Assembly (NCBI GenBank): GCA_027923505.1
Contig: BROI01000002.1
Coordinates: 744,001-808,000 of the forward strand
Direction: 5' to 3'
Origin: Mayamaea pseudoterrestris
Taxonomy: Eukaryota
Length of the DNA: 64,000 nucleotides
Positions 37,101-49,896 of this stretch are shown here, piece after piece. How positions within the stretch are numbered: the stretch's first letter is position 1; each line of letters begins with the position of its first letter. The notes below the pieces were generated by a model. That model did not search any database. It saw only the letters and a program-made list of their open reading frames with translations, and had not been told where the DNA came from. The position numbers were made by a program, and so were the translations under genes.

Positions 37101-38852
37101 AGATGAAAACTGTCAACGTGTCGTGCAATAGATGGCTGGAAGGCTCGCTCTGATTTAACAGCTTGATTGTAGTCCCAAGGTCGCGTCAGATACTCAAAGA
37201 AAAGTTCCACGACGAGAACGCACCATACAACTCTGAAAATATTTCGAGTCGGTGAGAAATCACAAACGGTGTTCGATGACGCAACGAGCAACTTACAGTT
37301 CCAATACTGCGGATGCGCGATCCTTCGAAGGCGGTAGGAACGCGTAGGTAAACGGCTCAATCATGAGATATATAAAGCTACAGAAAACCAGCAGATTAAT
37401 GCACGTCAACTTGATTCGGCAGCCATAGCCACGTTCGCCCGTCAAAACGTGTGTTGCAACCGTCTTGGCCGATTTTCTCGTGTCAACAAACCATGGAATG
37501 AGATTGTACACAACGAATCTATCCCACCATTCCATAACAAGTTCTAGCCTTGACGCCATTCGTATATCCTTCTTCAGCTCCTCATCAGTATTAGCAACCG
37601 CCCGCGTCGTTCGCTTGGCAGCTTCCTCGGCCGCTTCCAAACCCGCCGATCCACCAGCGCACGGCTCCATCCATTGCGGATCAGCTCGTTGCTCGGTCCC
37701 AGTGTCGTGGCGCCGCACCGTGTAGTATCGCTCATCCTCATCAAAGTGAACCGTTACAACCGTGCAAAGCACAAAATTGTACGGCCCATTTCGCTCAGGC
37801 TCCGTTTTGCCTTCTCGAGCAGAATATCCATACATGTTGACTGGATCAATTGAAAAATCCATGGGGTCATCCTCATGGTTTGTAATGTTCAGCAGCGTGA
37901 GCATGCAAAGAACCGCTTCGTCTTGTCCAAACTGAGTCGTCCGCAAGGACGGAACCGACGCGGACGCTGCCACGACCGAGGCAGCCGCTAGTACATTGTC
38001 CCAGTCTGCCGACGATCCATCCCCAAGTCGATGGACGGCGTCGGACATGTTGAATCGACTGCTTCCGCCACTGCTGCTGTTTGTAAGGTTGGACATGCGA
38101 CTGTGACGATGCTGCTGTATTGAAAAACGAGTCGACTGCGTAATGGATTGATGGCGTCTTCTGCGATGGTTCATACTACCCATGCTAGAGTTTTGATCAT
38201 CCGAAAGTGCGCTGAGTTGCGACTGAATCGACGGTCGAAGGTAAACGTGCGGTCGACGCCCGCCCCGACGAGCACTGGTGCGAATTTCATCCGGCGAACC
38301 GACAGTGGGACGCCGGGTAAGCGGCGGTGTCATTAATAGTTCACTACTTGATCCTCCCGGAAGAGGTGCCGACTTGATTGTCCGCCCTCCAGAACTTCCT
38401 GAAAGGCGAATGGAATTGTCTCGTCGCGATAAGAATTTGCCCAATCGTTGGATTGACTTTGTCGACGAGCTTGGCGTGCTGGGAGTCATTGGCGACAAGC
38501 CACTCACGTCATCAGCTGCATAGCGCAAATGAGCGCTGCTTCCTATTTCTTCAGGAAGAGATTCCGTTCCTTCGTAAAGAGGTTGCAGTGAGTTTGATGA
38601 AGCAAGCATGTCATCCATGGAGCCTTCCGTATAGGATGCAATTGATTCGGATCCTTCATGATGTTCGTAACCATAAACGTCTTCCTCGTAGCCATAATCG
38701 GGAACAGTCTCTCCTTTATCATATCCTTGCTCCATGTCCTCATAGTCTTCGTCAAGTTCGTCCTCGCCCTCGCTGTCAAGCTCCGCCATTCTCTGAGCGG
38801 CTTCGGCCATTTCATCGAGGAGCGACCCTCGCTTGCTGCTTCTCTTTGGCAT
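34192..38852 (-). CDS. Multi-TM class III adenylyl-cyclase-like protein (alveolate AC-alpha type), probably catalytically degenerate; exons 38852-37297, 37232-36838, 36762-36677, 36589-36468, 36404-35886, 35806-35676, 35600-34192
   Basis: NKNLGGAFLMVF and GWAVEGAVGSEHKIDATYLSPHVNMASR. Six GT..AG introns join ORFs 37293, 36593, 35882 and 34192 in frame. Several TM helices. Confidence 0.85.
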
Positions 38853-39149
38853 AGTACCCTTTCGTCTATTGCGAGTACTGTGTAATATGCAACTACCGTA
38901 TGTACCAGCAGGTGTACTCTGGTCATGCAAAAGAATCCGGCCTGCGAAAGCACTGTGGCATCGCGAGGGACATTCATTCATAAGGAGAGCCGATGGGACA
39001 TCAATCAATGCGCGCCAGCCATGCTTTGCTTTTAACTTGATCCTTAACTGTGATTCGGTCTGAATCAGTCGTCATCACCATGGGCCGTCCAGATCCTCCG
39101 CGGCAAATCAAGCGCTGCTTGCTTTTGTTGAATAGACTGTGAGAGAAGT

Positions 39150-40743
39150 ATGATGATTACAGCTCGACGAGCAATCCTTCAAAAGGCGACTGCTGCCCGA
39201 GGAGTCCGAGCTGCGTCGTCGGAAGCAGCCAAAATGGTGACGGGGTGCGTGAATCAAGTGGATGGAGTGATGGAGCGAACTAATATTCTGTGATATATTG
39301 ACTAACTCCTGCTATTTCATATACAACCTTCTATGTAAACGGCGTCATATCTGCAGTACATTCAACTTCCTTTCCGATCAGGACCGCATCTTTACCAACC
39401 TTTACGGCGAGCAGGACTGGCGATTGGCCGACGCCACCAAGCGCGGCGACTGGCACTTGACCAAGGAAATCATGTGCATGGGCCCCGATTGGATCGTTCA
39501 GGAGATCAAGGATTCTGGATTGCGCGGCCGCGGAGGCGCCGGCTTTCCATCCGGACTCAAGTGGTCCTTCATGCCCAAGGTGACCGATGGACGGCCGTCC
39601 TTTCTATGTGTCAATGCCGACGAGTCGGAACCAGGTACCTGCAAGGATCGCGAAATTATGCGCAAGGATCCGCACAAGCTTGTGGAAGGATGCTTGATTG
39701 CGGGTTATGCCATGCGCGCGAGAGCGGCTTACATTTATATTCGCGGCGAGTACTTCAATGAGGCTGTCGTTATGGATGAGGCGATTCATGAAGCGTATGC
39801 GGCAGGTTTGATTGGAAAGAATGCCTGCGGATCGGGATATGACTTTGATATCTACTTGCATCGTGGAGCTGGAGCGTACATTTGCGGAGAAGAAACGGCG
39901 CTGATTGAGAGTCTTGAGGGAAAGCAAGGCAAGCCTCGCCTCAAGCCGCCATTTCCGGCTGGTGTTGGCGTCTTTGGATGTCCCTCGACTGTTACCAACG
40001 TTGAAACGGTTGCCGTCGCTCCTACCATTCTCCGTCGGGGTGCCAGTTGGTTTGCATCATTCGGCAATGAGAACAACCGCGGTACCAAGCTCTTTGCAAT
40101 TAGTGGACACGTGAAGAACCCCATTGTCGTTGAGGAAAGCATGTCGATTCCGTTGCGAGACTTGATTGAAAAGCATTGCGGAGGCATGCGTCACGGATGG
40201 GACAGCGTTCAAGCCTGCATTCCAGGTGGATCGTCAGTCCCCGTCCTGAGCAAGCCTCAATGTGACGAAGCAATCATGGAGTTTGATGACCTTCGCGCCA
40301 AGGGGTCGGGTCTTGGAACGGCTGCTGTCACCATGTTTGACAATACCGTTGACATGGTCGGCGCCATTCGTCGCTTGTCACATTTTTACAAGCACGAGTC
40401 ATGCGGGCAATGCACGCCATGTCGCGAAGGTACTGGCTGGCTCGAGGACATTTTGATTCGCATGGAAAAGGGTGACGCCGACAAGCGTGAGATTCCCATG
40501 CTTGAGGAGATTTCGCGACAGATTGAAGGACACACAATTTGTGCGCTTGGTGACGCTGCCGCCTGGCCAGTGCAAGGTTTGTTGAGGCATTTCAAAAAGG
40601 ACATTGAGGACCGCATTGATGATCCAAGCTCGTTTGATGCAGAAGCTGCCTTCCAAAAGGCATACAGTGGAGATCCATTTGCCAACCACAACTGGGTTAA
40701 GAAGCATGGTGGTGGCTTGGCGTACGGTAGCGCCAAGGCTTAG
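39150..40743 (+). CDS. NDUFV1: Mitochondrial complex I 51-kDa flavoprotein subunit; exons 39150-39244, 39357-40743
   Basis: [52 protein letters not shown]; presequence in exon 1. Confidence 0.98.
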
Positions 40744-41088
40744 GGTTGCTGCGGTCGGCGATGCTTTATAGAGTTTAGTGCTGTTACAACCAATCACCTA
40801 GATTTTACCGCTAGATATGCTGCAACCGCATGTTAATTTTATCATATGTCAAGGCTGGTAGTAAAAAATATGTCAGCGGGTTCACCATAACATCATTTCG
40901 TGCAACCAATGATACAGTACAGGAGCTCTAGTAACTCGCACAAATAAAAATGAAAAGCAAAGCCGGAGCGACATTAATCGACTTCATCACGCTGCCGCTC
41001 GTTTTTGTCACGTTTCCTTTGCTTACAGTTTCCATCAACACTTTCTCTTTGTTCATACGCCGGATCGAATCAACGAACATACAGCAAT

Positions 41089-41720
41089 ATGCATACAGTG
41101 TGGGTTCGACTAAATGCCGTAGTATTCTTTGGTTTGACAGTCTTGCTTTGCTTGTCGGGCTTGGCGGCTGTTTCCAAGTTTGGCCACAGCTACAAATACA
41201 AGCCAGGTATGACTTGCGCCATTTCGAGATGCAGTAGCTGATTAGTTTTGTATTGTCTGTGTGTATATATTAAAATGTTCCCGCTCATCGTCTTTCTTAC
41301 TCATTTTGCATTGTATCAGACATTCAAACACTAAAACTGAATACACTGCGATCGCTCAAGAGCCACGGCGGCGTCGACCGAGCACTATTGAGTTTTGATT
41401 TAAAGGTCGACTTGGAACCAGCGTTTCACTGGAACATTAAACAACTTTTTGTATACGTGGTGGCCTTGTACGATTCGGAGGATGGAGAGAATGAAGTGGT
41501 TCTTTGGGACAAGATTGTGGAAGCTGCTGACGATAAACTGATTGACGAGCGAAACGTCTTTGTCAAGTATGCTTTGCTGGACAAGGGAGATGATTTGAGA
41601 GGAAAGGAGGTGACGCTGCAGCTACAATGGGATCACATGCCAATTACAGGGCTGCTGCATATGGACAAGCAACCACTGGAAGGATGCAGCAAGTTCCAGC
41701 TGCCGACGGATTACCAGTAA
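41089..41720 (+). CDS. SPCS3: Signal peptidase complex subunit SPC22/23; exons 41089-41206, 41320-41720
   Basis: MHTVWVRLN + TM; DLEPAFHWNIKQLFVYVVA, NEVVLWDKIV, KYALLD. Confidence 0.93.
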
Positions 41721-42330
41721 GCGCTGGCGACTGCCGCAGTTGACTTGAGGATATAATAGACCTTTTAATGTGTTTTCGTGGGTATAGCTTGGCGTTTTAT
41801 GAATTGATTTACCGGTATTTTTTATGGTCGTAAAGTGTTTAGTGCTCGATGAAAGGTGACGAACCCTAGCTTAAAGCAAAGTGAATCCTCTCACTTTCAG
41901 TATCGTCGATAAATTGTTGTACTACATAGCTTTTGCAGTCCGCGTCTTTGCTTGGCTTCGCTTTAAAGCAAAAGTAAAAGTCGAGGACTCGAGTGATTGA
42001 GTAGCTAAAGGTACGCCGTCATAACCACTGCGACTCAAAAGGTGACACGGCGCGTCGACCATGACGACAAACAGATGGAATCCATTTTGGGCTTCCTCTC
42101 CACAACAACACAGGGACAAAGAAACAATCAAACCATCCCATCGTGCGAAACACAAGCAAAGGTGTAGAGTAGACGGAATCTGGTTGATTTAGTCAGCGAC
42201 GTAAAGTACTGGAAATCAAGTAACTCTCGAGTCGAACGTCCCTCGTATTCGCTATTGCGGCGTCTTCATTGGTTAACGCATCACTATTTTACCTTGCTGT
42301 CACAAGTTACTACTAGACGACAATCAAGAA

Positions 42331-45300
42331 ATGAAGGATAATTGCTCTAATGAATCTTGCGAGTCGCTGTTGAAAAAGCAAAATCAAAGGGCTTTGCATG
42401 AGCACCAGGGGCAGCTTACACACGCAACTCGTTCAGACGCGCCAAGGCAAACCATGCCACTTAACGAGGACGCCTTGCAACTTGACGACGAATGCATACA
42501 CCCCATATATCAGCCAAGACGGATACGTCGTTTTGCTGCCTGTGGAGGATTTCTGGGAGGCTGTATAGGAATGTTGTTGCTGACCTTGCTCAAGAATCAC
42601 TTTGGGCTTGATGAGACTGCGCTGCAATCCTTGTTACACACGCACTGCAGAGCTTCTCCCAGAGTAAGAGGAAACAGACTTTTATCATCGTATAAAACAG
42701 ATGAATATTTAAAGCCATATTCGAAAACAAGAGCAGACAAGAGCATTCAGATGCATTCCTCTTCAAGCGGCCGACGAAATCTCGTTGAATCAGCAACTGA
42801 CAATCATGGACCTTCCCTCGTCATTGCCGGCAAAATGACCGTCGTGGATGCTCCCTGCAACATTGCCCAATTGAATTTGAAGAATAACGAGTGGAGCCTT
42901 AGTGAACGTATTCAGCTCTCCCTCTACAATTCCTACTCGGGCGGCGAAGTTTACAGCCTGTTGGCCAATCATACGACGAGCAGTATAACAAGCGTCGCGG
43001 ATGAGGAGGAAGCCAGCAGCAGCAGTAAAAGCAGCAATAATTTACATTCTATCATGCAGCGAAGATCCATTCAGCCAATTACGACTGGTTCCGGCGAACT
43101 CATCGTGGTAGGTGCATTTGACACTACGTATCGAAACAGCCAAGTCACATACTGCTCCGTCGGCATGTGGGACGGATCACAACTATCCAAGGTTGGTGAA
43201 GGCTTGTGCAACTCTGCCTTGAGCAAGGGCATGAAGATTACCTGCGCGGCGCTCGCTGGCCCTCACGATGTTTACATTGCCGGTTCCTTTCAAACACAAG
43301 TTTGGAGCGGCGACGAGCATGCCTTTGTCCGTATCTACAATATTGCTCATTTCAACGCCTTGGAGCAAATGTGGTCGCCGCTGAACGTTGGTCAAATCAC
43401 TTGCTCGTGGTGCACCGTGACGGTGCTGGCGCTGGCCTGGGACTCCAAGCGCCGACAGTTGCATGTTGCTGGAAAGTTTAATGCGATTGACGGACGCAAC
43501 GTGCCGGCTGGGTTGGCCGTTTACGACTTTGATTCCGGTCACTTGGTGGCGCATCCTGGTGGCGGATTGACCATGCGCAATATCACACAGGACGGTGTAG
43601 GGACGGCCTTGCAAATGGATGAGGAGAGTGGTGTGCTGTACGTCATGGGCTCGTTCGAACGCTTGACGGCGACGAACGAGATTTGCCTAGGTTTAGCAGC
43701 GTATGAGATTGAAGCGGATCGCTGGACATGCTTGGCGGATGCGGCTCATACTGTCCTGCCAACAGGTGGTGGCAACATGCTATTGACGCCGTATGGTCTC
43801 ATGGTGGCAGGTAAAATTACGAACAAGACGACTTGGCCTGATTCCGATCGGCCGTACACCATTGCGCTACTAAAAACTACGCTCAAGACTCGTAACGAAA
43901 AGACGGAGGGGAAGCATGACGAAGTCATTGTCGAGGAGAAGCAGTATCATGCGTTCAACTGGTCGTGGCTTCCTGGATTCAAAGGTCATGACGAACCATT
44001 GCATGCCTTATCAAATGGTTTTGCTACCTACGAAGGCACTGTATTCATTGCTGGCGACAACTTTGTAGCAAAATGGTCGTATCAACCAAAGTCACAGTCG
44101 GAGGACGATAAAAATCGCGGCTTACTGGACACGTCGCGCTACAGTAGTCGCCCGCAGGAAATTGTGCCAGTCACGGAAGTTCTATCCGGCGAACAAGTGC
44201 GAGGCGCGATCATGGCAATTTCGCAAATGATGCCCATGTCAGAAGACGGAAATGGAGGACCCGGACAAGTCAACATTACCATTATTGTTTATTGCGTTGC
44301 TGCTGGCTGTGTACTTGGCGTAATTGGCGCTATTCTTTGCAACAAAAATATTACTACTGCTCTTTTCCCGTTCTTGCAAAAAGACAAAGACTTCAAGGGT
44401 TTTACTCTCGATACCCTCACATATAGTGCGATTGAAAACTCAAGTATCATGGAGGCTTATAACAAGGCCATGAGAACACGCTACGTTGAGCAGCCCAACC
44501 TGCTCACCATAATCGACCCACAAGAAATATTCTTGCAGCGAATCATTGGAGAAGGAACGTTTGGACGCGTTTGGAGTGCAAAATGGAGAAGCGCTAGTGT
44601 TGCTGTTAAGGAATTTGTATTTGCCCAGGCAGCTGTCGCAGGTCGATCGTCTATGCAAAATGAAATAGTGGAAGAGATTATTGGAGAAGCTGGAATGATG
44701 GCGATTTTGCGCCACCCTAATGTCCTACAGCTCTTTGGCTGCTCGCTCACAGCACAAGCTATCTGGATTGTCAGTGAGCTTTGTTCGCTGGGTAGTCTCC
44801 GGCAGGTACTTGACGACAACTCGCAGGTGCTACCGGTTGAAAGAAGGCTCAGTCTTGCCTTGCAGATAGCGGAGGGAATGACATATCTGCACAATCAAGA
44901 ACCGCCCATTATACATCGAGATCTCAAGAGTCATAATATTTTTATTCATGAGACATTTACGGATGCTGAGGATGCGAGTACATCCTCCGGCAAGAACAAG
45001 AACCGACGACACGCCGGGGATCCGTACGACAAGCTAGACACCCATTCGACTCTACTTGCAAAGATTGGTGATTGGGGCTCTGCTCGTGCGGCGCTGTCTG
45101 GTTCGAGAACGATGACTCATGGAATGGGCACAGCATGTTGGCTCGGTGAGTTTGATTGTGTGTGATTTCCAGGTCGTCTTTGTGGCATTTCGATGTTATT
45201 TTTCTAAACCGCATGCTCTCCTTTTATGCATAGCTCCTGAAGTAATTAAGCATGCGCGCTCTTCAAAGTTCAGTGATGTATACGGCTATGGCATTATTCT

Positions 45301-45580
45301 GTGGGAGCTGGCAACGAGAGAGGAAGTCTACCAAGGCCTCGAGACAACGCAAATTATTGCCAAGGTTGCTAACGAATGCCTAAGGCCGCCTGTCCCTCCA
45401 GATTGTCCATGGAAGGATATCATGGTCAAATGTTGGGCCGAGAACCCGCATGATCGTTTAGAGTTCAAAGACATTGTACGTGAACTTGGGGCAGTGTTGA
45501 ACGAGATTTTAAGAAAGAGCGTTACCATCATTCGCGAGCAAGATGGAGAGGACGACTCTTCTAGCGTGCTGGACCTCTAA
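42331..45580 (+). CDS. Receptor-like TKL protein kinase with beta-propeller-like ectodomain; exons 42331-45145, 45234-45580
   Basis: N-terminal hydrophobic segment; repeats LIVVGAF/VYIAGSF/LHVAGKF/LYVMGSF; TM ITIIVYCVAAGCVLGVIGAILC; IGEGTFG, VAVK, HRDLKSHN, DWG, WLAPE. Confidence 0.88.
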
Positions 45581-45659
45581 ATCATCTATGCTGCACAAAT
45601 CTCGGCTACTTTAAAATGCATTTACTATAGCTTGCATATATATTATATAATTTGTGTAA

Positions 45660-48410
45660 TCAACTTGCATCAAAATCTATCGTAGCCGTGATAATGGAAG
45701 CAAACAGTCTTACCTCGTCCAATAAATGGTCAGCATCCGACGTCCCTAACTCATCGACAGAAAGTGTCAGCTTGACCCGCTTAATCGGAGGGGCTGAAGT
45801 GTCTCCATTTCCGTTCTTGTCGCTGCTTATGCATTTAAAGCACGACAAGGCGACGGATGTTCGTGTTGGTGGATGGAATGGGGAATTAACTGTCATCGAC
45901 ACATGAAGTGGCACAATTTTAAGAAATGCATCATTCGCCGCGGCGACAAACGAACAAAAGTTTTGCTGTACATGAGATGTCTTCTTAGTCACAGCATCCG
46001 TTTTTACTTGTGCCTCAATCAATTCTTGGTCCAAGAAAACACTTATAGGAGGAGTCGGGAGGAACGCCAAATCGTCCATCGCAGGAACTGGATCGCCTGC
46101 GGCATCAATGACGGCGCCCAAGCCCAGTCCCGCACCCACTGCAATCGGAGTCAACCCGTACAGCGCAGCCGCTCCGCAACATTTAGTCAGAGACAGCTTA
46201 ACATCAGCCGCTGAGGACAAAATGGCTCGCTCGCGTAGTGTGCTAGACTTGTCATCAAAGTCATCCCATTCTCCCCCAATGCCAATGCGCTCTCCTAAAA
46301 TATTCATTGAGCGCACCAATCCATCAAAGAGCTGACGAACAGCTCGTCCACTTGAGGTAGCCGCCGCGGCTCGTCTTCGATTCGACGGCAAGGCAGCAAT
46401 TCTCACAGACATTGACTCGCTCGCTGTCTCACTGTTGCATGCAAGCTCGCCAAGCAACTTGGTTTGACGAGAAAATGTGGGAGTAAATGATCCAGTGCGG
46501 GTGTCACATTCCAGTCGAAACAAAATGGACATGCGGTAATTTATATGATTCTCTTCATCTCTGACATATCCATGATAATCAATTCGAGCAGTCACAGCAA
46601 TACTTCCACGATGAGCAGTCAACATCATCCAGCTGGGTAAAAGTCGGCTTTGCGTGTTCTGCAGCGTTTTAACGACAGCCGAACACCTTCGTACTGCACA
46701 AAGCCGCGTTGCTGCCAAGAGTGCGTTGCTAACCGACAATTCTAATGGATTGGAAGTTGACTCGATAATTTCATGACCAATGGCTCGCAGATATGGATCA
46801 GTATTGATCTGCTCCAACATGGACCGACCGCCACTTAATAATACGCGGATGCCAAAATTCACTTGTGCAGAAATTATTAATCGCAGCTGACTCGTTTTCG
46901 TTGCATCGGATTGACGATGATCAAACTCAGCGTGAGTTTCTGCCGCACCAGGAGCACCCTCACTCATTGTCAGTTCTCCCATTGACGGCGCACCAAACGA
47001 ATCATCCACTCTCCAAAACGACACTGTCACAGCTCCCAAGAGCCCGTCGTTGGCATTCCCTGCTGCATTGCCGTCAAAGAAGCGCACCGGATCAACGTGA
47101 ACCGCGTGCGTCGCGGCAGCAGCCACGGCACCCCAAACGCCTCGTCGCAAGGCTTGCGCCTGCGCCGACAGCAATTCTAGCTGCCACGATAGTGCAAACG
47201 TATGCGCAACCTCAAAGAGCGCCTGCAGTGGTTGTGCTGGCGTATCGTCCATGTCATCCATGTCGACATCTCCGGAAGCATCGCTTGTCGAAGCACTCTT
47301 TCGCTGCTTATATTCTACTTCTTGCTTTGCCATGGCTCTGGCCGCCAAACGATGCAAATCGTAACGCTGCCTATGTGAACTCTCCAGCTGATGCGTAAAT
47401 TCTCCCGTTTTGGCGTGAACGCTCACGTCGAGCGAAAGCAACGTCCATGTCGGTTCGTCCTCATCCACTTCATCGCCGCCGCTGCTGCTCGAAAAGACGG
47501 TTAACAGTGCCATGATTGGGTACTGCGGCTCATTGTCATTGTCGTCATCATTTCGAATTGCAGTATTATGTATGTTCTTTGGTGTCCCGTATACCAATCT
47601 TACAATACCTCCGCGAACAATGAGCTTCCACAAGGGAGGTGGCATGTCACCCTTCCGCCGCCGCCGCCAACCCACTTCTCCGTTCACCAGCTTGCGCCTA
47701 ACCACCAACTCCCACTCCTGCTGCAGTCTCGCCTTGCTCCACTGCGTCTCAACTGTTGCATTACTACTTAGTTTCAAGTTACTTGGCAAATCGTACCAGC
47801 CTCGACCAATCATGACATCCAGCGCCCCGAACAAGTCATGCGGCGGCGCCCTCGCGGAAAACAATTGCCCATGAAAAAAGTACAGCATATCCTGCGCCTC
47901 ATCGGCCTGCTGCCAGTGCGAGTGCGCGTGCCGCAACGTTTTTCCGCAGAGTGACACGATGCGCGACAGGGCCGTGGTGGCGTTGGAGGCGGTCAATGCG
48001 GCAACGTGCGTCAAGCTTTTCGTGTGTGCGTGCAGCCGCCAGACGAGTTCGTGCCGGCGCTGCGCGAAGGAGAGATTGGACATTTGCTCACGTATTTTGC
48101 TGCTAGTTGCTGCTGCTGTATTGCTTTCTTCCGCGGCTGCTGCAGCGTCATCCTCGTTGTTATTGAAGCCGGTCGTCGTTCCAGTCGCCGCCATGGTCAC
48201 GACTTCAAGCTCGCCATGCGCCATATTGTAAAAGTCCGAGTACAAGGCATCCGTGGACGCCAGCAAGACTTGGGTCAATGGTGACACCAGTAGACTCCCA
48301 TCGGTGGGATCGACGGATAGTTCGAGGCGACGAGGTGTCACTGGTTGCTCTCGCTTTGAGTAGTAGGGTGATGACGTTGCGGCGCTGCCATTGTAGTCAT
48401 ACGTTGACAT
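45660..48410 (-). CDS. MED14: Mediator complex subunit 14-like
   Basis: FFHGQLFSARAPPHDLFGALDVM..GWYDLPS matches the Med14 N-terminal motif. First ATG at 48410. Confidence 0.7.
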   Translation of the reverse strand: MSTYDYNGSAATSSPYYSKREQPVTPRRLELSVDPTDGSLLVSPLTQVLLASTDALYSDFYNMAHGELEVVTMAATGTTTGFNNNEDDAAAAAEESNTAAATSSKIREQMSNLSFAQRRHELVWRLHAHTKSLTHVAALTASNATTALSRIVSLCGKTLRHAHSHWQQADEAQDMLYFFHGQLFSARAPPHDLFGALDVMIGRGWYDLPSNLKLSSNATVETQWSKARLQQEWELVVRRKLVNGEVGWRRRRKGDMPPPLWKLIVRGGIVRLVYGTPKNIHNTAIRNDDDNDNEPQYPIMALLTVFSSSSGGDEVDEDEPTWTLLSLDVSVHAKTGEFTHQLESSHRQRYDLHRLAARAMAKQEVEYKQRKSASTSDASGDVDMDDMDDTPAQPLQALFEVAHTFALSWQLELLSAQAQALRRGVWGAVAAAATHAVHVDPVRFFDGNAAGNANDGLLGAVTVSFWRVDDSFGAPSMGELTMSEGAPGAAETHAEFDHRQSDATKTSQLRLIISAQVNFGIRVLLSGGRSMLEQINTDPYLRAIGHEIIESTSNPLELSVSNALLAATRLCAVRRCSAVVKTLQNTQSRLLPSWMMLTAHRGSIAVTARIDYHGYVRDEENHINYRMSILFRLECDTRTGSFTPTFSRQTKLLGELACNSETASESMSVRIAALPSNRRRAAAATSSGRAVRQLFDGLVRSMNILGERIGIGGEWDDFDDKSSTLRERAILSSAADVKLSLTKCCGAAALYGLTPIAVGAGLGLGAVIDAAGDPVPAMDDLAFLPTPPISVFLDQELIEAQVKTDAVTKKTSHVQQNFCSFVAAANDAFLKIVPLHVSMTVNSPFHPPTRTSVALSCFKCISSDKNGNGDTSAPPIKRVKLTLSVDELGTSDADHLLDEVRLFASIITATIDFDAS

Positions 48411-48539
48411 GCTTTGATTCGAAAAAGCTACGCGCAAGCAAGTCACGCTATTAGCAAGCCGTTCCTATGAATAACAGCGTAGACGTTTTAGATTACTCAA
48501 GCATATCTTTGATCAAAAGGCGAACATCCAAAGCGCCAT

Positions 48540-48567
48540 GATGTCGCAGCGCAACCAAACCAATGGT
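48540..48567 (+). promoter_or_regulatory. 28-bp CCAAT-containing motif GATGTCGCAGCGCAACCAAACCAATGGT, copy 1
   Basis: Exact match to 49513-49540; 124 nt upstream of the ATG at 48692. Confidence 0.55.
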
Positions 48568-48691
48568 GCGAGCGCAATTTTCCACCTCGTCCCAGAAAGG
48601 GTTTGGAAATCGACCGCGACATTGACTGCATACGACGTATATAGTTGTACTACAACACCTTTTCGTTGGCAGCCATTGCCCATTCACCAAA

Positions 48692-49405
48692 ATGCGACTG
48701 CAAGTGAAAGCTCCTGGCGTAGTCATTGCAACTATTTGTACAACGCCATGTCTCGCCTTTCACTGTCCATTCACTGGAGTTTCCTTGACGAGGATACAAT
48801 ATGATCCACTATTTTCTTCATCTCCTTCCGCAGTTACCTTCGACAACGACCTACAAATCAATTCCATAGAAGAGGCATCAAACATACTTACAATATGGGA
48901 TAGCTATTTCAGCGGTAGTCAATCAGCTGGACAGGCAGTCGATGAGAATAACGATTCACTGTCAATCGACGTCAATCAAGTCGCCCAATCAGTTCTATTC
49001 TTGACTCATCAAGCAGCCATTCAACGAGTTAATGACCCCTCAAGCGGTCGCATTATGCTTGGAATTTGTGCCAGTTCGGCTTCTCAAGGAATCGAAACGC
49101 TCAAATCATGGGTGTCGACGCTCAAACTTCCGCGAGGCTTGCTGCATGGCATGGATGACGCCGGTGTTCCCTTGCAAATCGACGGAGGCGTATACATCAA
49201 GTACAATTCAGGCGGGGTCTACACTTTTGCCGACATTAAAAAGTCAGGTCGAGGGTTCGACTCGCTATGGAAGCCGGGAGATGCCATGCTCGAGAATTAC
49301 GATGGAACCTATCGAGGAGTTTACTTTCAAGTTGAAATTGGAGATGATACCTTTCGACAGTACCTTTGCCCGCTTGATCTGTTTGATGCGAACGTAAATA
49401 GTTGA
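48692..49405 (+). CDS. Hypothetical protein, probably plastid-targeted
   Basis: 237-aa ORF with signal-like N-terminus (CLA-F). Globular C-terminal part GRIMLGICA..LPRGLLHGMD..VYIKYNSG. Confidence 0.7.
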   Translation: MRLQVKAPGVVIATICTTPCLAFHCPFTGVSLTRIQYDPLFSSSPSAVTFDNDLQINSIEEASNILTIWDSYFSGSQSAGQAVDENNDSLSIDVNQVAQSVLFLTHQAAIQRVNDPSSGRIMLGICASSASQGIETLKSWVSTLKLPRGLLHGMDDAGVPLQIDGGVYIKYNSGGVYTFADIKKSGRGFDSLWKPGDAMLENYDGTYRGVYFQVEIGDDTFRQYLCPLDLFDANVNS

Positions 49406-49512
49406 ACGTAAGTTGTAAAGATTTTTTAAGCAGCTCTTCTATGTCAGTTTTATACATGCTGGTAGTTGAGAGCGCGGTGAAGCTTCATCTCAGCGACGGA
49501 GAATTTCGACGA

Positions 49513-49540
49513 GATGTCGCAGCGCAACCAAACCAATGGT
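49513..49540 (+). promoter_or_regulatory. 28-bp CCAAT-containing motif, copy 2
   Basis: Exact match to 48540-48567. It would lie 113 nt upstream of the ATG at 58715 if the retrotransposon and one TSD copy are removed. Confidence 0.55.
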
Positions 49541-49595
49541 CTCGATTAAAATCTCATCGTACCGGTACAAGTACCCAGGCTTCCCTTCTCCGCCG

Positions 49596-49896
49596 AGTCG
49601 AAACAATTAAGGTTCAGGCCCTGCCAGTGTCCGTTTGTTTCGGTTGATCCTCATGGCTGGATATCTGTTAATATCCAGTATCTGTGAATACTCAAGTTAC
49701 TTAAGCTACAGAAGCAAGCCGACGTTACAAACACGTCGGCAACGGTCCCCTTAAAGTAGCGGTAACAACTAAATCAAATCATTCTATTGCAAAGTACACG
49801 CAATCGTCTCGTTCCCCTCTTCTTACCAAGTTAGCAGACTGATCATCTCCTACTTGACCAAGTACTCAAGGTAACTCGACACAAGTTGCATTGATA
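49596..49896 (+). repeat. LTR 1 (301 bp, AGTCG...TGATA)
   Basis: Directly follows TSD CGCCG; identical to LTR 2 by eye. Confidence 0.97.

Noticed and set aside
49876..49881. Internal TCGACA as a canonical ..CA LTR end
   Set aside because: Identity among the three LTRs continues 15 nt further to TGATA, and both the TSD and the PBS abut that later end.
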